Source: Nemertoderma westbladi (Eukaryota > Animalia > Xenacoelomorpha). Taken from it: a stretch of DNA of 64,000 bases. The notes beneath the pieces were generated by a model. The model was not told the DNA's origin. It made no database searches and was given only the letters and a program-made list of their open reading frames with translations. Position numbers and translations under genes: made by a program. The stretch is from contig JAUCBJ010008373.1 of assembly GCA_032718475.1 (NCBI GenBank), forward strand, positions 1 to 64,000, in the 5' to 3' direction. This document shows positions 37,460 through 49,517 of the stretch, one piece after another. How positions within the stretch are numbered: position 1 is the stretch's first letter; each line of letters opens with the position of its first letter.

Positions 37460-40435
37460 ATGGATTTAACAAATACCGCTACCATTTCGATTTCGTCTAA
37501 TTACAATGACAGGACGCATCCGATCCATGGGAAACGCAGTTTCTATTCAATTCCAGACAACGAAATTCAGAAAACTAAATGTCGTAGTAAATTTCATTAT
37601 CAAAAATCTACGGATGACGACGAGGACGATAGTGCCAGACGGTTGCAGCAATCTAATAAACTGTGTTCCTATATAGAAGAAAATATAGTTGGGAATGGAA
37701 GTTGTTTTATCGGACCTTTTGGGGAACGGCAGATAGTATACTGCGATTATATAGCCTCGGGTAAATCTCTCCGATTCATCGAGGATTATATAAGAAGTCA
37801 AGTGTTACCGATGTATGGTAACACCCACACAACCACCACGGTCACGTCGTTACAGACCACGTTGTATCGCCACGAAGCTCGCGATATTATACGTAACGCC
37901 TGTAACGCTAGCGAATACGACGCCGTTATTTTCGCCGGGTCTGGAGTAACAGGCGCCGTACATAAACTCATCGGGGCTATGGATCTAGGGAATCGGAAAA
38001 CTGTTGTGTTTCTAGGGCCATTCGAACACCATTCCAGCCTCCTACCCTGGAGAGAAGCTGGAGCCACTATAGTTTATATCCCAGAAAACTGTGAAGGAAC
38101 TCTAGATATTAAAGAACTGACGAATAAACTTATAGAATATAAATCGAGTGGATTTCTTATTGGTTGTTTTAATGCGGCTAGCAACATCACTGGAATACTA
38201 GAAAATGTTAACGAAGTTACAGCGTGTTGTCATAGTAACGGGTGTTTAGCTTTGTGGGATTACGCTACAGCAGGTCCCTATGTTCCCATTGATATGAACC
38301 CAGTTGACCCCTGCAGGAGCGACCACAGTCTCGTCTCCAAGGACGCCGTATTTATTTCTCCCCATAAATTTATAGGCGGGGTTGAAACTCCGGGTGTTCT
38401 GATAGCGAAACGGAATTTGTTGACCAATGGGGTGCCGCACTGCGGCGGGGGCGGGGGGAGTGTGTTCTTTGTGACTCAAGATTCGCATCGGTACCTACAG
38501 GAAGTGGAGAACAGAGAGGAGCCAGGGACCCCGGCAATAGTAGGGAGTATCCGAGCTGGATTGGCGTTCCAACTGAAACATAACGTAGATCCGGAGTTTA
38601 TAAAAGCGAGGGAACTCAGTCTAGCTCGGCGCGCGTTGGAAGTCCTCTCGACCAATCAGAACGTAGTAATCCTGGGTTCCCAAACGACCCAACGTCTCCC
38701 GGTTATGTCCTTCCTCGTCTACCACCAACAATCCGGATACTTCCTCCATTACAACTACATCTGCGCCCTCCTAAACGACTTGTTTGGTGTTCAGACGCGC
38801 GGAGGCTGCGCATGCGCTGGTCCATACGCCCAATCTCTACTTGGATTGGATGAGCCCACAGCGCGGCTCTATGAGCAACTGTTATTGGAGGATTCCCGAC
38901 TGGATAGAACTCATCTGCGACGGCGTACGGAATTCTCGGACAAGGAAGTTCTGAGACCGGGGTTCGTGCGATTCAATCTGTCCTACTTTATGTCGGACCC
39001 GACGGTTGAATACATTCTCGATGCGGTTTGCTTCGTGGCCGAGCACGCCTGGAGATTTCTTCCCTGGTACACGTTCATTGCTGAGACCGGGGAATGGCGT
39101 CATCGGAAACACAGGGTCTTTACAGACCGGAAGTGGCTGGGATCTATTTCCTATTCCAATGGCGCAATGGTTTTTCCAGATGCTGCCCCTCAACCCACCT
39201 CCTGTCACCCCGGTGTGTCTCCTTCCTTACCAAACACCTTCCCAGATGTCCTCGCTACCGCCTCCCACATCCTCAATCTCATTACCTCAGACAGACAATG
39301 CCTTCCCGATCAGAGACTCATGTTTGAGGATTGCCTTGATTTGCGTTGGTTTTTATTGCCTTCTGAGGCGTATTTGTACGTCCGAGGTGAGGGTGCCGGG
39401 GTTGGTCGATCAGTTAATCAGTTACCTTACATCCCCAGGGGAATGACGGCAGTGAGGCAATGCTATCCGCTTAGTAAGCCATTAGAACACAAAGAACACA
39501 TGACTGATTCACAAAATCTTGTTGACAACATGACGCATTCTCAAGATCTTAAAGACAACAATTCACAAGTAGAGAATGGCGCCTTGGAGTGTGTTCAGGA
39601 TGGTTACTTATTATCGCCTCAAATTTTGACGGATTCTCGATTCCACCACCCCCCGAGGCCGTTGTTTAAGTCGATGATTGAGGCGATTAACGAGTTTGGG
39701 ATGATCAGCGACGGGGATAACGTCCTTCTCGCACTGAGCGGGGGTAAAGATTCCCTTTCGCTGCTCCACGCCCTCAAGCAGTACCAATACGTATCGCGGT
39801 CCAAGGGAGTCCGATTCCGTATGGGTGCGGTCACGGTGGATCCCCAGGCCCAATCCTACGACCCTAGTCCTTTAATCCCCTACATGCAGGCTTTGGGAGT
39901 TCCGTACCACTACGAACGCCAGGATATTATCGGACAGGCCCGAGATACTGAGCCTGTTAGCATATGTTCATTCTGTTCCCGACTAAAGAGAGGAAAGATG
40001 TACGCGTGCGCTCGTCGACATGGATACAACGTGCTCGCCTTGGGACAGCATCTTGATGATATCGCAGAGAGTTTCTTCATGTCTGTGTTCCACAACGGGT
40101 TGCTACGGACGATGAAGGCCAACTACCCCGAGTCGGGGGGTCATCTGCGAGTCATCCGGCCGTTGGTTTATGTTCGAGAGATCGAGACTCGTCGATTCGC
40201 TGAGTCGGTGAACCTTCCGGTTATCCCGGAGAACTGCCCCGCCTGCTTCGAGGCTCCCAAGGAACGTCATCGCATTAAGCAGCTATTAGCGGCCCAAGAG
40301 TTAATGTTTCCTGATTTATTTTTTAGTTTGAAACTGTCTTTGAAGCCTTTATTAGCTAGAGGTTGTAAAGGTTCAAGTGCAGATGATGGAGTTGTTAATG
40401 ATCACTTAACTAATACGTTTAGTAAATTATTATGA
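37460..40435 (+). CDS. Class V aminotransferase (cysteine desulfurase-like) fused to TtcA/PP-loop tRNA sulfurtransferase; intronless
   Basis: YCDYIASG, YGNTHT, EHHSSLLPW, WDYATAGPY, SPHKF (PLP Lys), REEPGTP and RGGCACA in the N-terminal part. Then LSGGKDS, CSFCSRLKRG, LGQHLDD, IRPL, NCPAC. First ATG at 37460. Confidence 0.9.
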   Translation: MDLTNTATISISSNYNDRTHPIHGKRSFYSIPDNEIQKTKCRSKFHYQKSTDDDEDDSARRLQQSNKLCSYIEENIVGNGSCFIGPFGERQIVYCDYIASGKSLRFIEDYIRSQVLPMYGNTHTTTTVTSLQTTLYRHEARDIIRNACNASEYDAVIFAGSGVTGAVHKLIGAMDLGNRKTVVFLGPFEHHSSLLPWREAGATIVYIPENCEGTLDIKELTNKLIEYKSSGFLIGCFNAASNITGILENVNEVTACCHSNGCLALWDYATAGPYVPIDMNPVDPCRSDHSLVSKDAVFISPHKFIGGVETPGVLIAKRNLLTNGVPHCGGGGGSVFFVTQDSHRYLQEVENREEPGTPAIVGSIRAGLAFQLKHNVDPEFIKARELSLARRALEVLSTNQNVVILGSQTTQRLPVMSFLVYHQQSGYFLHYNYICALLNDLFGVQTRGGCACAGPYAQSLLGLDEPTARLYEQLLLEDSRLDRTHLRRRTEFSDKEVLRPGFVRFNLSYFMSDPTVEYILDAVCFVAEHAWRFLPWYTFIAETGEWRHRKHRVFTDRKWLGSISYSNGAMVFPDAAPQPTSCHPGVSPSLPNTFPDVLATASHILNLITSDRQCLPDQRLMFEDCLDLRWFLLPSEAYLYVRGEGAGVGRSVNQLPYIPRGMTAVRQCYPLSKPLEHKEHMTDSQNLVDNMTHSQDLKDNNSQVENGALECVQDGYLLSPQILTDSRFHHPPRPLFKSMIEAINEFGMISDGDNVLLALSGGKDSLSLLHALKQYQYVSRSKGVRFRMGAVTVDPQAQSYDPSPLIPYMQALGVPYHYERQDIIGQARDTEPVSICSFCSRLKRGKMYACARRHGYNVLALGQHLDDIAESFFMSVFHNGLLRTMKANYPESGGHLRVIRPLVYVREIETRRFAESVNLPVIPENCPACFEAPKERHRIKQLLAAQELMFPDLFFSLKLSLKPLLARGCKGSSADDGVVNDHLTNTFSKLL

Positions 40436-41620
40436 TTTTAATAACGAAACCATTTGTTTTATTAGTTTCAATAAAATTCCCTCCGAACCTATTATTATTT
40501 GACTGAATTTTTATTATTTCTTATTTTTGACATTAAACAAAACTCGTAGCACATAAAGTGCAATGCAATCTTGTTTATTACATATTTATTTATTACATTT
40601 GTTATTTTTTCAAATGCTCTTATTATTTCTCTTATTATTTTTTCATGCTCTTTATATTCGTAATATATGACAAATTCATATGTACAATTCCATTAAATAA
40701 AGTTATGACTCGTTTTTTTTGTACATTTTTGACAAAAAAAATGTTTTTCATTACAAGAATCCTTTGTGTTTTATTTTTTTATTTCTACTCCCACACGTTC
40801 CTACAAACGATATGAAAATATACTTTAACATGTCAATAAACAACCGAATTGATAAATATACAACAAAAAACAAACAAACGATATGCCTATGACAGAATGC
40901 CACTCAAGCCTCTCACCAACAGCTGTTCTTGTCATGCAGTTTTAGCGAGATGCCAATATGCTAAGTATACATATCCATCCATCTCTATTGAAACTGGATT
41001 AAAAATTGATCCTGCGGTATCATATAGCTTCCCTGAAATAGCTAAATACTTTACTCTCGCAAACCTAATGGAAATTGATAAAAGTTAAATCCAAATTTCT
41101 TAAACGCCTCCTTTGTCTACCATCTAATTCGTCAGTTACCTTGGCCCACCACCATCTACAGTACGAAGTGCAACACCTTAGTAGAAGACATTGTAGAACT
41201 ACACCCAGGACTTCTTAAACCGTCCGTTCTCGAAGATTATCGCCAGTTTCGTGCTGAACGAAAAATCACTATGAAAATGGAAACTACACTGCAGGCCCAG
41301 CTTTTAGCTGTCTAACACGTCGACACGTTATTACAGTACAAGGACAACCGCCCATGGTTTCCAACATCTGATCTGCCCCACTTCACTACCTTTTCTTGAC
41401 GGATTGTATTTGTAAATAGTGCGGCGAAACAGCAGCTAACCGATACCATGTGTTAATCTGTACCTCTTCACCATCTCTTTCAAGACTAGCATTGACATAA
41501 CCTTTACTTGGTTATTTTTAGGACCGCGTAGCGTTAGTAGGCGCTAGTATTCACTCCGTTGTTGTTGTTGGCGTTGTTGTTAATTTCTCGTTAGGTTTTG
41601 GTATTAAGGATTGATGATAC

Positions 41621-41695
41621 GGCCCCGGTGGCTCAGTTGGTAGAGCGTGGGACTGGAATCTCTAGGTACCGAGTTCAATCGGCCCCCATTCCGGT
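41621..41695 (+). pseudogene. tRNA-derived sequence (pseudo-tRNA / SINE head)
   Basis: A box TGGCTCAGTTGG, D-arm AGAGC, anticodon-arm-like GGGACTGGAATCTC and B-box-like GAGTTCAATC. Acceptor and T stems are defective. Confidence 0.6.
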
Positions 41696-42354
41696 GAATG
41701 ATTTTTGCTTGTTAAAGGTTTATATTTAATTATGTCTTAATTTCTAATATTTTACTTATAGATTGTGTTAAATTTTTATTAATATATATTTAATAATTAA
41801 AGCCTTTAATTGCCCCGCGTGGGGTCGTAAATTTAAAAAAAAATAAGCTAAGTAAACCAAGTTAACCTTGATCATGGCATACGAAGTCCCGAAATTTGTA
41901 TTTCTCAACCTCAATTTGTTATAGGCATATAATTCACTAATTGAACTTCTAAGCTTATCCCTTGGCACCCGTAGCACCAACGCCTTACGTACGAGCACAG
42001 TATCGGGACAGTAATCTAATTAGGTGTTTCGGTGTTACTGTTATGTCGTCCCTTTTTATACAGTATTTAATTGTGTCAGGCTAATGGGGACGGGCCAAAG
42101 CGTCCCAATACGGACTTACTACGCCTAGTCTAGCCAGCCTGTATTTAAAATTCACTGACTCCGTGGCTCGCCCCATATTGTTGTGTTTCCAAGCCTATCC
42201 CTGTATTTTTGCTCTGGCTATCTAAACCAAACTGAAGTTTTTGTGGACAACAGCGGGATATTCAAAATAGTAGGCCTAATCACCTTTTTATGTCACCTAG
42301 TCAGTCAAATAATATTTTTCCTTAGTCACTCTCTACCAAGGCCCTCTTCTAGTA

Positions 42355-42924
42355 GGTACGTACTAAAAGGTAGAACGATCTATAACGGGCTATAACGATC
42401 TATAACGGGCTATAATATGAAAATTTACAATAAAAACACATATTTTAGCATGGATTTATTTTCCTAGTCAGTAAATTAATTAAGCAATTTGGTTGTTTTA
42501 GTCCATACTGCTTTTCATATTTTTGGTATCATGAAATCAGTCATTATAATAAGTCAGCATATATATTCATAATCATAAGTAGTAGTCTGGTAGTGTAGTA
42601 CGTCGATATGCTGATATAGGCATTGTGTTGTAGTCGATATAGAATAAGCGAGCAATATAGGCCAATAAAAAAACGAACCAGTACTAACTGCAGTAGGCCT
42701 CAATTAGGCATAGGCCTACCCTAATTTTTAACCTGCGGTATTTTTCACACCGCAGTGCTAATCCAAAAGTTAAACACACCCTATGGGCGTTTTTTTAATG
42801 TAAATTTTCATATTATAGCTCGTTATAGGTGGTTATAGCTTGTTTATAGGAATTTATAGCCCGTTATAGACCGTTATAGATCGTTATAGCCCGTTATAGA
42901 TCGTTCTACCTTTTAGTACGTACC
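42355..42924. mobile_element. Mutator-like MITE (570 bp)
   Basis: TIR GGTACGTACTAAAAGGTAGAACGATCTATAACG.... Perfect 9-bp TSD CTTCTAGTA (42346-54, 42925-33). 10-bp subterminal CTATAACG(AT/GG) repeats. Confidence 0.88.
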
Positions 42925-43467
42925 CTTCTAGTAGGCCTTGCTCTCTACGCGGTTGCGGTTCTACACCCTGCAGCCATGTCCGTCTGCCTGTGACCGGTAG
43001 CTTGGCTAGAATATTGGATGTTGCAATTCAACTTTCCAGTTTGACTGTTCAGCTGCTCACATTTCCCTTCTCAGTGACAAGAAGTAACGAATCTATTTTC
43101 TTTCTTTGTATGCCTCTCCGTTTTCTGCTAGGTTACTCTGTTTTAGTCTGTTACTTCCGTAGTAGTGCGCGGTACTTAGTTCGTTTAGCTGCTTGGTACC
43201 TAAGTAGGCCTACAGGAGCAGCTGGAGTATATAACTATCTAAAGTAAAAGGAAGACTGCTCTGTTGGCTGTGTTGTGTTTGATGCAGTATTTAGCTGTGA
43301 GTTGTCTTTTAGTGGTTTCGTCAAACATATAGGCCTATGTGTTACCTTCAGAATTTCTTTATTAGATTCTGACTTTTACTAATTATCTATGCTAGCTTAT
43401 CAGCTTCTTGTTATATTGTATTATGTTGATTTCTGATTCCCACATGTATCTAGGCCTATTCTAACTG

Positions 43468-44265
43468 ATGAATATTGGTATATTTCGACTGTTTCGAACG
43501 AAAATCTCTACCAGAGTTACCGATATCGGTACCACTAGCTTTACCAGTAAGAATTCGGTGGCAACAATAGTTGGTTTCCGCACAATGGCTTCCATGGTCA
43601 ACTATCCCTCCAGCAACGGTAAAGGTGACTGCCCGGGGTACTACATACCGGGGGGAAGTAAAGGTCTAATAGTCTTACAGGAATGGTGGGGTCTCAATGA
43701 ACAGATCAAAAAGGAGGCCCAAGATATATCGGGTTTAGGTTCCGGGGCTGTGTCGATCATAGCTCCGGATCTCTATCGTGGCGCTGTCGCCAAGGATAGG
43801 GAGACCGCGGGCCATCTTATGGGAGATCTGGACTGGATGGGGGCCGTTAAGGATGTAGAGGCCACGGCCAAGTACCTGATTGGCCAGGGCTGTACCAAGG
43901 TGGGTGTCACCGGTTTCTGTATGGGCGGTGCGTTAAGTTTCGCCGCGGCCGCTTTAGTCCCCGAGCTCACGGCAGCCGCTCCTTTCTACGGAATTCCCTC
44001 CAAGGAACTCGCCGATCTCACCTCCATTAAGATCCCGATCCAATGCCACTTCGCTGAGTTGGATGAAGCAGTTGGATTCTCCTCTCCAGCCGAATACAAT
44101 AAGTTGAGAAGTGAGTTGGAAAGGGCCGGCGTTACGATGGAGTTTCATACGTACAAGGCTGGACATGGGTTTACCAATCACGAAAGTCCTCTGGGTACTT
44201 ACAATAAGGAGTTAGCTGGTCTCGCTCTCAAGCGAATGATGGACTTTATGCTCAAACATCTTTAA
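43468..44265 (+). CDS. Dienelactone hydrolase family (carboxymethylenebutenolidase/usf-like); intronless
   Basis: LQEWWG, APDLYRG, GFCMGG nucleophile elbow, FYG, ELD and AGHGF (Cys-Asp-His triad). Confidence 0.92.
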   Translation: MNIGIFRLFRTKISTRVTDIGTTSFTSKNSVATIVGFRTMASMVNYPSSNGKGDCPGYYIPGGSKGLIVLQEWWGLNEQIKKEAQDISGLGSGAVSIIAPDLYRGAVAKDRETAGHLMGDLDWMGAVKDVEATAKYLIGQGCTKVGVTGFCMGGALSFAAAALVPELTAAAPFYGIPSKELADLTSIKIPIQCHFAELDEAVGFSSPAEYNKLRSELERAGVTMEFHTYKAGHGFTNHESPLGTYNKELAGLALKRMMDFMLKHL

Positions 44266-44930
44266 GAAACTCTACTTGCTTGGGTATCGTTAGGTTTCAA
44301 TGAATTAGTTAGGTAATTTTGCTATATTTCTTGTGCTATACGGTTTTTGTTATTGTTGATGTTATCACGGAAGTTTAAATCTTTTGTAAATGTTAACTTA
44401 CGCAAGAATTGACCGAAGGTGATTCCAAACCAATATCTCGTGTACTTTTGAATTCTATCTTTAATTTATTGAGTTACAATCTGTTACTTTTTACAATATT
44501 ATATTAACTATTATACATTTAAATCACTCAACTCAAATAACTCGAATATTATAGTTTTAAGTAGTAAGTATTTTTCCGTATTTTTTTTAAATTAATCCCT
44601 TCATTTAAAAAAAATTGGCTGTAAGGTTTGAAAACTTTGAATGTCATTATCTCAAAATTATATTTTTAGTTTTTATTTTTTCCTCTTGTTTCTGTTTCTC
44701 TGGAATAACTGGACCAAATTGCATAACATTTTCCGCTTATGTTCTTCTACTAATCCTTTATAGCTGGTACAACTTTTTTTGGTCCCACGTGTGAGACACG
44801 TGTTAAATTACTTCTTTTCAAAATTTCAAACCATTCCGTTGCACCAAATCCGCAGTACTTTAAATAACTAATTTTACAATGCTTTTTAATTTACTCGAAA
44901 CTTATGTATATAGTGGTGGTTTGTACAGTT

Positions 44931-45073
44931 CAGGGGCCGTATTCTTAGTTCCCACTAGCCACAGGTAGTCAGACTAGATACTGTAGCACAAACTTCGCAC
45001 TATATTTAGGTTAAATTTCGTGCTATGTTGTCTGACTACTCGTGGGTAGTGAGAACTAAGAATGCGACCCCTG
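44931..45073. mobile_element. Small palindromic MITE (PIF/Harbinger-like ends)
   Basis: CAGGGGCCGTATTCTTAGTTCCCACTA / TAGTGAGAACTAAGAATGCGACCCCTG inverted repeats. Confidence 0.7.
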
Positions 45074-45969
45074 AGCGCACATGAGTAGTAATTATTTGTT
45101 TTTTTTTCTTACACTATACAATTTTTTTTACCCTTCTTGTTCAGTACTCTTAGTCATGTATTCCTGGCCTGGGAGCCGATGCTTCAAGATGTCCCCTAAC
45201 AGCCAATGTAACAATATGTTTCTTAGCCTGTGAGAACTCCAACTCCAATATCTTATATTGTAATTATTAACTTCATACATCGTATAATTATTCTGTTGAT
45301 ATTGTCAGGCCTTATTTTATATACACGGACCTACGAATTCATTATTTCTTTCATACAAACTCATTGTTAGTTATATTTTAAATATCTCGTTGTCCTCGTT
45401 ACTCGCATTCAAAGAGTTTGTCGTGATCCCAGTTAATGTTATAGCAGTATTTTACTATATTTATCCATCTGATCACAATAACACGAGATGAGATGGCCAA
45501 GTGTATTAATTAGGGTTGAGCACAGTGGCTGCAAATTATTGGTATTGGCAGAGGGGAGGCCAAAAACTACTACTACTATAATCTGCATGCTGCATTGGAA
45601 CTGCACATTGAGATGCTATGATGGCTTAACAAAAACATTTCATCACATGAAAAACCCATGTTTTTTCTAATTTTTCAATAAAAAAATGGAGAAATATTAT
45701 GAAATTAAGAATACTGCCCAAAATTTATTGAAGCTTATGAAATTACCTTTCATATAAATCAAAAATTTCAAAAACGGTTAAGAAATGGCGGAGGATTAGT
45801 ATTTTTCGTGTGAAAAAAATGTCATTTAGAGATAATTGCCTTCAAAGTTCAAACCTTCCCGCGCCAAATTTCTGCCCGTGAGTTAATATTAATTTCTGCC
45901 GTGAGAAGGTTAGCCTACCTAATTGTAATATCTGCCGAGGCTGACAGTTTGTTATGGGCCAGCTGGCCA

Positions 45970-46790
45970 GGGGTGTTTGAAAAAGGTGGACTGGACACAG
46001 AAAACATGGACAATGGACAGACCAATCACGGGCGAGTTGCGTCACACAGCATGTCCACCCTTTTCAGCTTTGTTTTTTATCTTTTTCAAATTTGAATAAG
46101 ATGGACAGGGTTGAGAAAGAACAGGCAATAAATTGACCAATCAGATTTATCTGCACATTAGGCTATAGCAGCTCTGTTCACGTTTTTCAAAAATTTTCAG
46201 ATGTTTTTATGGATAATTGTTATTATTATCCCATACTGCCATGCTTATTGTTACCAACCGAAGTTGTCCATAAGTAGTTCAATAATCTGATAATATGGGG
46301 GGGCTAGCCACGAAGTCTGTGAGCTGAGCCTTAGCATCAATATGTGAACGTTAATATTCTAACACATTATAACGTTAATTAATAACTACTGTATCTATTG
46401 TACGGTAAAAATATAATATGCTTTGTTTACCGTTCGTCCCGAGATCTGATATTAAACGACCGAGCGCAGCGACGCTAGCGATGGTATGTAAATAAGTCAG
46501 ATCGAGGCGCGAAAAGGTAAATAAAAGGTATTTTGTTTGTTGTACAATAGGCCCCCTATGTAGTTTTATTGTCACAATCATGCTTATTATTATTATAATT
46601 ACTTTATTAAAATAATCAATTAATTAATTAATAATTTTGTCAATATTGCACCGCAGATTTTCTTCGTGAAAAACTTGAAAAAGGTGGACAGTCCAATCAC
46701 TACAAAACAGCATTGCTTGATACGTACGTTTCTGATTGGTCTGTCCACTGTCCCTGTTTTCTGTGTCCAGTCCACCTTTTTCAAAACCCC
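45970..46790. mobile_element. Non-autonomous TIR element (~57-bp TIR, 9-bp TSD-like flanks; MULE-like)
   Basis: GGGGTGTTTGAAAAAGGTGGACTGGACAC... / ...GTGTCCAGTCCACCTTTTTCAAAACCCC. Flanks AGCTGGCCA / AGGTGGCCA. Confidence 0.75.
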
Positions 46791-46799
46791 AGGTGGCCA

Positions 46800-48508
46800 G
46801 GGGTGTTTGAAAAAGGTGGACTGGACATAGAAAACATGGACAATGGACATACCAATCACGTGCGATTTGCGTCACACAGCATGTCCACCTTTTTCAGCTT
46901 TCTTGTCCACCTTTTTCAAATTTGAATAAGGTGGACTGGGTTGAGAAAGAGGAGGTAATGAATTGACCAATCAGATTGATTTGCACATTATAGCAGTTCT
47001 CCACGTTTTTTAAAAAATGTCAGAAGGTTTTTATGGATTAATATTGTTATTATTATCCCATACTTACTGTGACCAACCGAATTTGTCGAAATAGGCCTAG
47101 TTCAATAATATGGGGCGAGCCACGAAATCTGTGAGCTGAGCCTTAGCATCAATATTGGAACGTCAATATTCTAACTCATTACAGTATGTTAATTATAATA
47201 ACTATCTATTAATTGTACTGAGGGGGAAATATAATATGCTTTATTTACCGTTCATCCCGAGATCTGTTATTAAACGACCGAGCGCAGCCTGGGAGGTAAA
47301 TAAGTCCACATATTTTGGGAGTGGCGGTCCGAAACCCTAATTCAAAGTGGAAATGGGGGCCCAAAAGCTTAATTAAAACTGTCATGTAACCCCAACCTTA
47401 AATATTTTGGATCCTAAATTCCACAAAATTTCTTAGATTAGAACTTCAAGGTTATAGGGTTACTAATGACAGTTTTAATTAGGGTTTGGGCCTGACCAAC
47501 TAACCCAACCACAAAAATAAACCAATAAATCCAAGTTAAAGTGCTGTACCGTACGCTAGACCTACTACAGTACAGGCCACCAGAAAACGCAGATTTGTTC
47601 AAATGTGAACACATTTGATCAAATGTGTACCAGTGTAATGTAATGTTGTTGACAATTGAATATAATTGAACATATTTGAATTGGCTACAACCAACATTTT
47701 TTCGTCAAAGGATACATTTGAATAATTTTTAAACGCTTAGTAATCTGGAAACTCTCTGTAGTTTGCCGAGAACTGTCACTCACTGCAGCTGGAAATGCGA
47801 TAAGGTTTTTGTTTGCCTTTATAGTGTGCGGTTAATAGTGTCTAGTAGGCCTATAGTTAGTGATGTTAAGGTTTTGCTGGTCGTTTCTGTGACTGTGCCC
47901 TCTCGCTGTCAGGCAAATGGCGCGACATCTGCCTGCACTAAATTAATTATTCAATGGTCTAGGCTCCTCCATCCATATACCAATCCACTCCCAAACACTC
48001 CATGAACCTCCATGTGGTGTTCCTCTCTAGGCCTACCAATACAGCCCATGTCCGCAATGTTACGCCCTGGGGGCTCTCTCATCTACCTTATATCAGACAT
48101 AAAGGCGCAAGCACCGCACACAAAGTTTTCCCTTTGTTGGTCCCAGCAAGTCAGCCTCCTGCTGTGTGCTCTAGAAGATAACTCGCCATTGAATTAACGT
48201 AGTGAGTGACCTGGCAATCAGATAACTTGATAAAATCTGCTTTTTCTGGTGGCCTGTACTGTATTATTATACTGTAAGTCTATAGGGGGGGGGGGGGGGG
48301 GGGGGGGGTAGATACGCCTAGGACACCGACAGCATTCTTAATGCAGCTGCTTCCAGCATGCCGATTATAGATAGATAATTGAAACCTGAAAAAGGTGGAC
48401 AGTCCAATCACTAATAAATAGCATTGCTTTAATACGTTTCTGATTGGTCAGACTATTTATTATCTATGTTATTTGTGCATGTGTCCAGTCCACCTTTTTT
48501 AAACACAC
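46800..48508. mobile_element. Second tandem copy of the same TIR element, with nested insertions
   Basis: 46800-47290 repeats 45970-46470. A right-end homologue lies at 48387-48508. Confidence 0.6.
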
Positions 48509-48576
48509 ATCTTATTCCTAATTATGTAACTAAGAAAGTAAACTCAGTAAGCTACAACTGTGACACCACACACAAC

Positions 48577-49517
48577 CATGGCCTACTATATATACGGCCT
48601 AACATGTTGTCGATTTGGCCTTAAAAAAAGAGGCCAGTTTTTCTTTACACTATTTTAATATTTTGATATGGGGAGAGTTCTATAAATTGTCATTTGCTGC
48701 AGTTTGGTCAACTGACGTAATTGAAGTCTCTTCGTTAAGCAAGATACTAAATTTTATGGTAGCTAGTGTTTTCGGTAGGTTTAGCTAGTAATTTCAACAC
48801 TGGTTCCGACATCCTACTTCCCTCTATAAATTTTTTGTAGTAGCTTGCACTTATTACTATTTGTATAGAACATGTTCCAGAACATGTTAGCTATTCATTT
48901 TTAAAAAAGTTATGTTCTAGAACAAATATTTTTTGTTCTAGAACACTTTTTAGAAAAAAATCTGGATTCTATTTAAAACGCATGGAATCGTTCTAAAACG
49001 TGTTTAAAATCAATTAAAAAAAATTTTCAAAATTTTTAAATTTTATTCATAATATTTTTTTTTCACAATTTTTTTTATTGACTTTAAACACGTTTTAGAA
49101 CGATTCCATGCTTTTTAAATAGAATCCAGATTTTTTTCTTCAAAATGTTCTAGAACAAAAAATATTTGTTCTAGAACATAATTTTTTTAAAAATGAATAG
49201 CTAACATGTTCTGGTCTGGAACATTTTCTATACAAATAGTAATAAGAACTAGCTACTACAAAAAATTTATAGAGGGAAGTAGGATGTCGGAACCAGTGTT
49301 GAAATTACTAGCTAAACCTATCTAAAACACTAGCTACCATAAAATTTACTATCTTGCTTAACGAAGAGACTTCAATTACGTCCGTTGACCAAATTGCAGC
49401 AAATGGCAATTTATAGAACTCTCCCCATATCAAAATATTAAAATAGTGTGAAAAAAACTGGCCTCTTTTTTTTAAGGCCAAATCGACAACATGTTAGTTA
49501 GGCCATAGTAGGCCATG
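48577..49517. mobile_element. Foldback element with ~450-bp inverted arms, P/Galileo-like termini
   Basis: CATGGCCTACTA...TAGTAGGCCATG ends. 7-bp direct repeat ACACAAC on both sides. Arms are near-perfectly complementary around a short AT-rich centre. Confidence 0.8.

Noticed and set aside
41621-41695. Functional tRNA gene
   Set aside because: Acceptor and T stems do not pair properly and the anticodon loop is irregular.
37460-44265. Bacterial contamination or recent HGT island (two intronless bacterial-like enzymes)
   Set aside because: The genes are embedded among eukaryotic TEs with no operon structure, and the host RPA2 gene is also intron-poor. A phylogeny would be needed to claim HGT.
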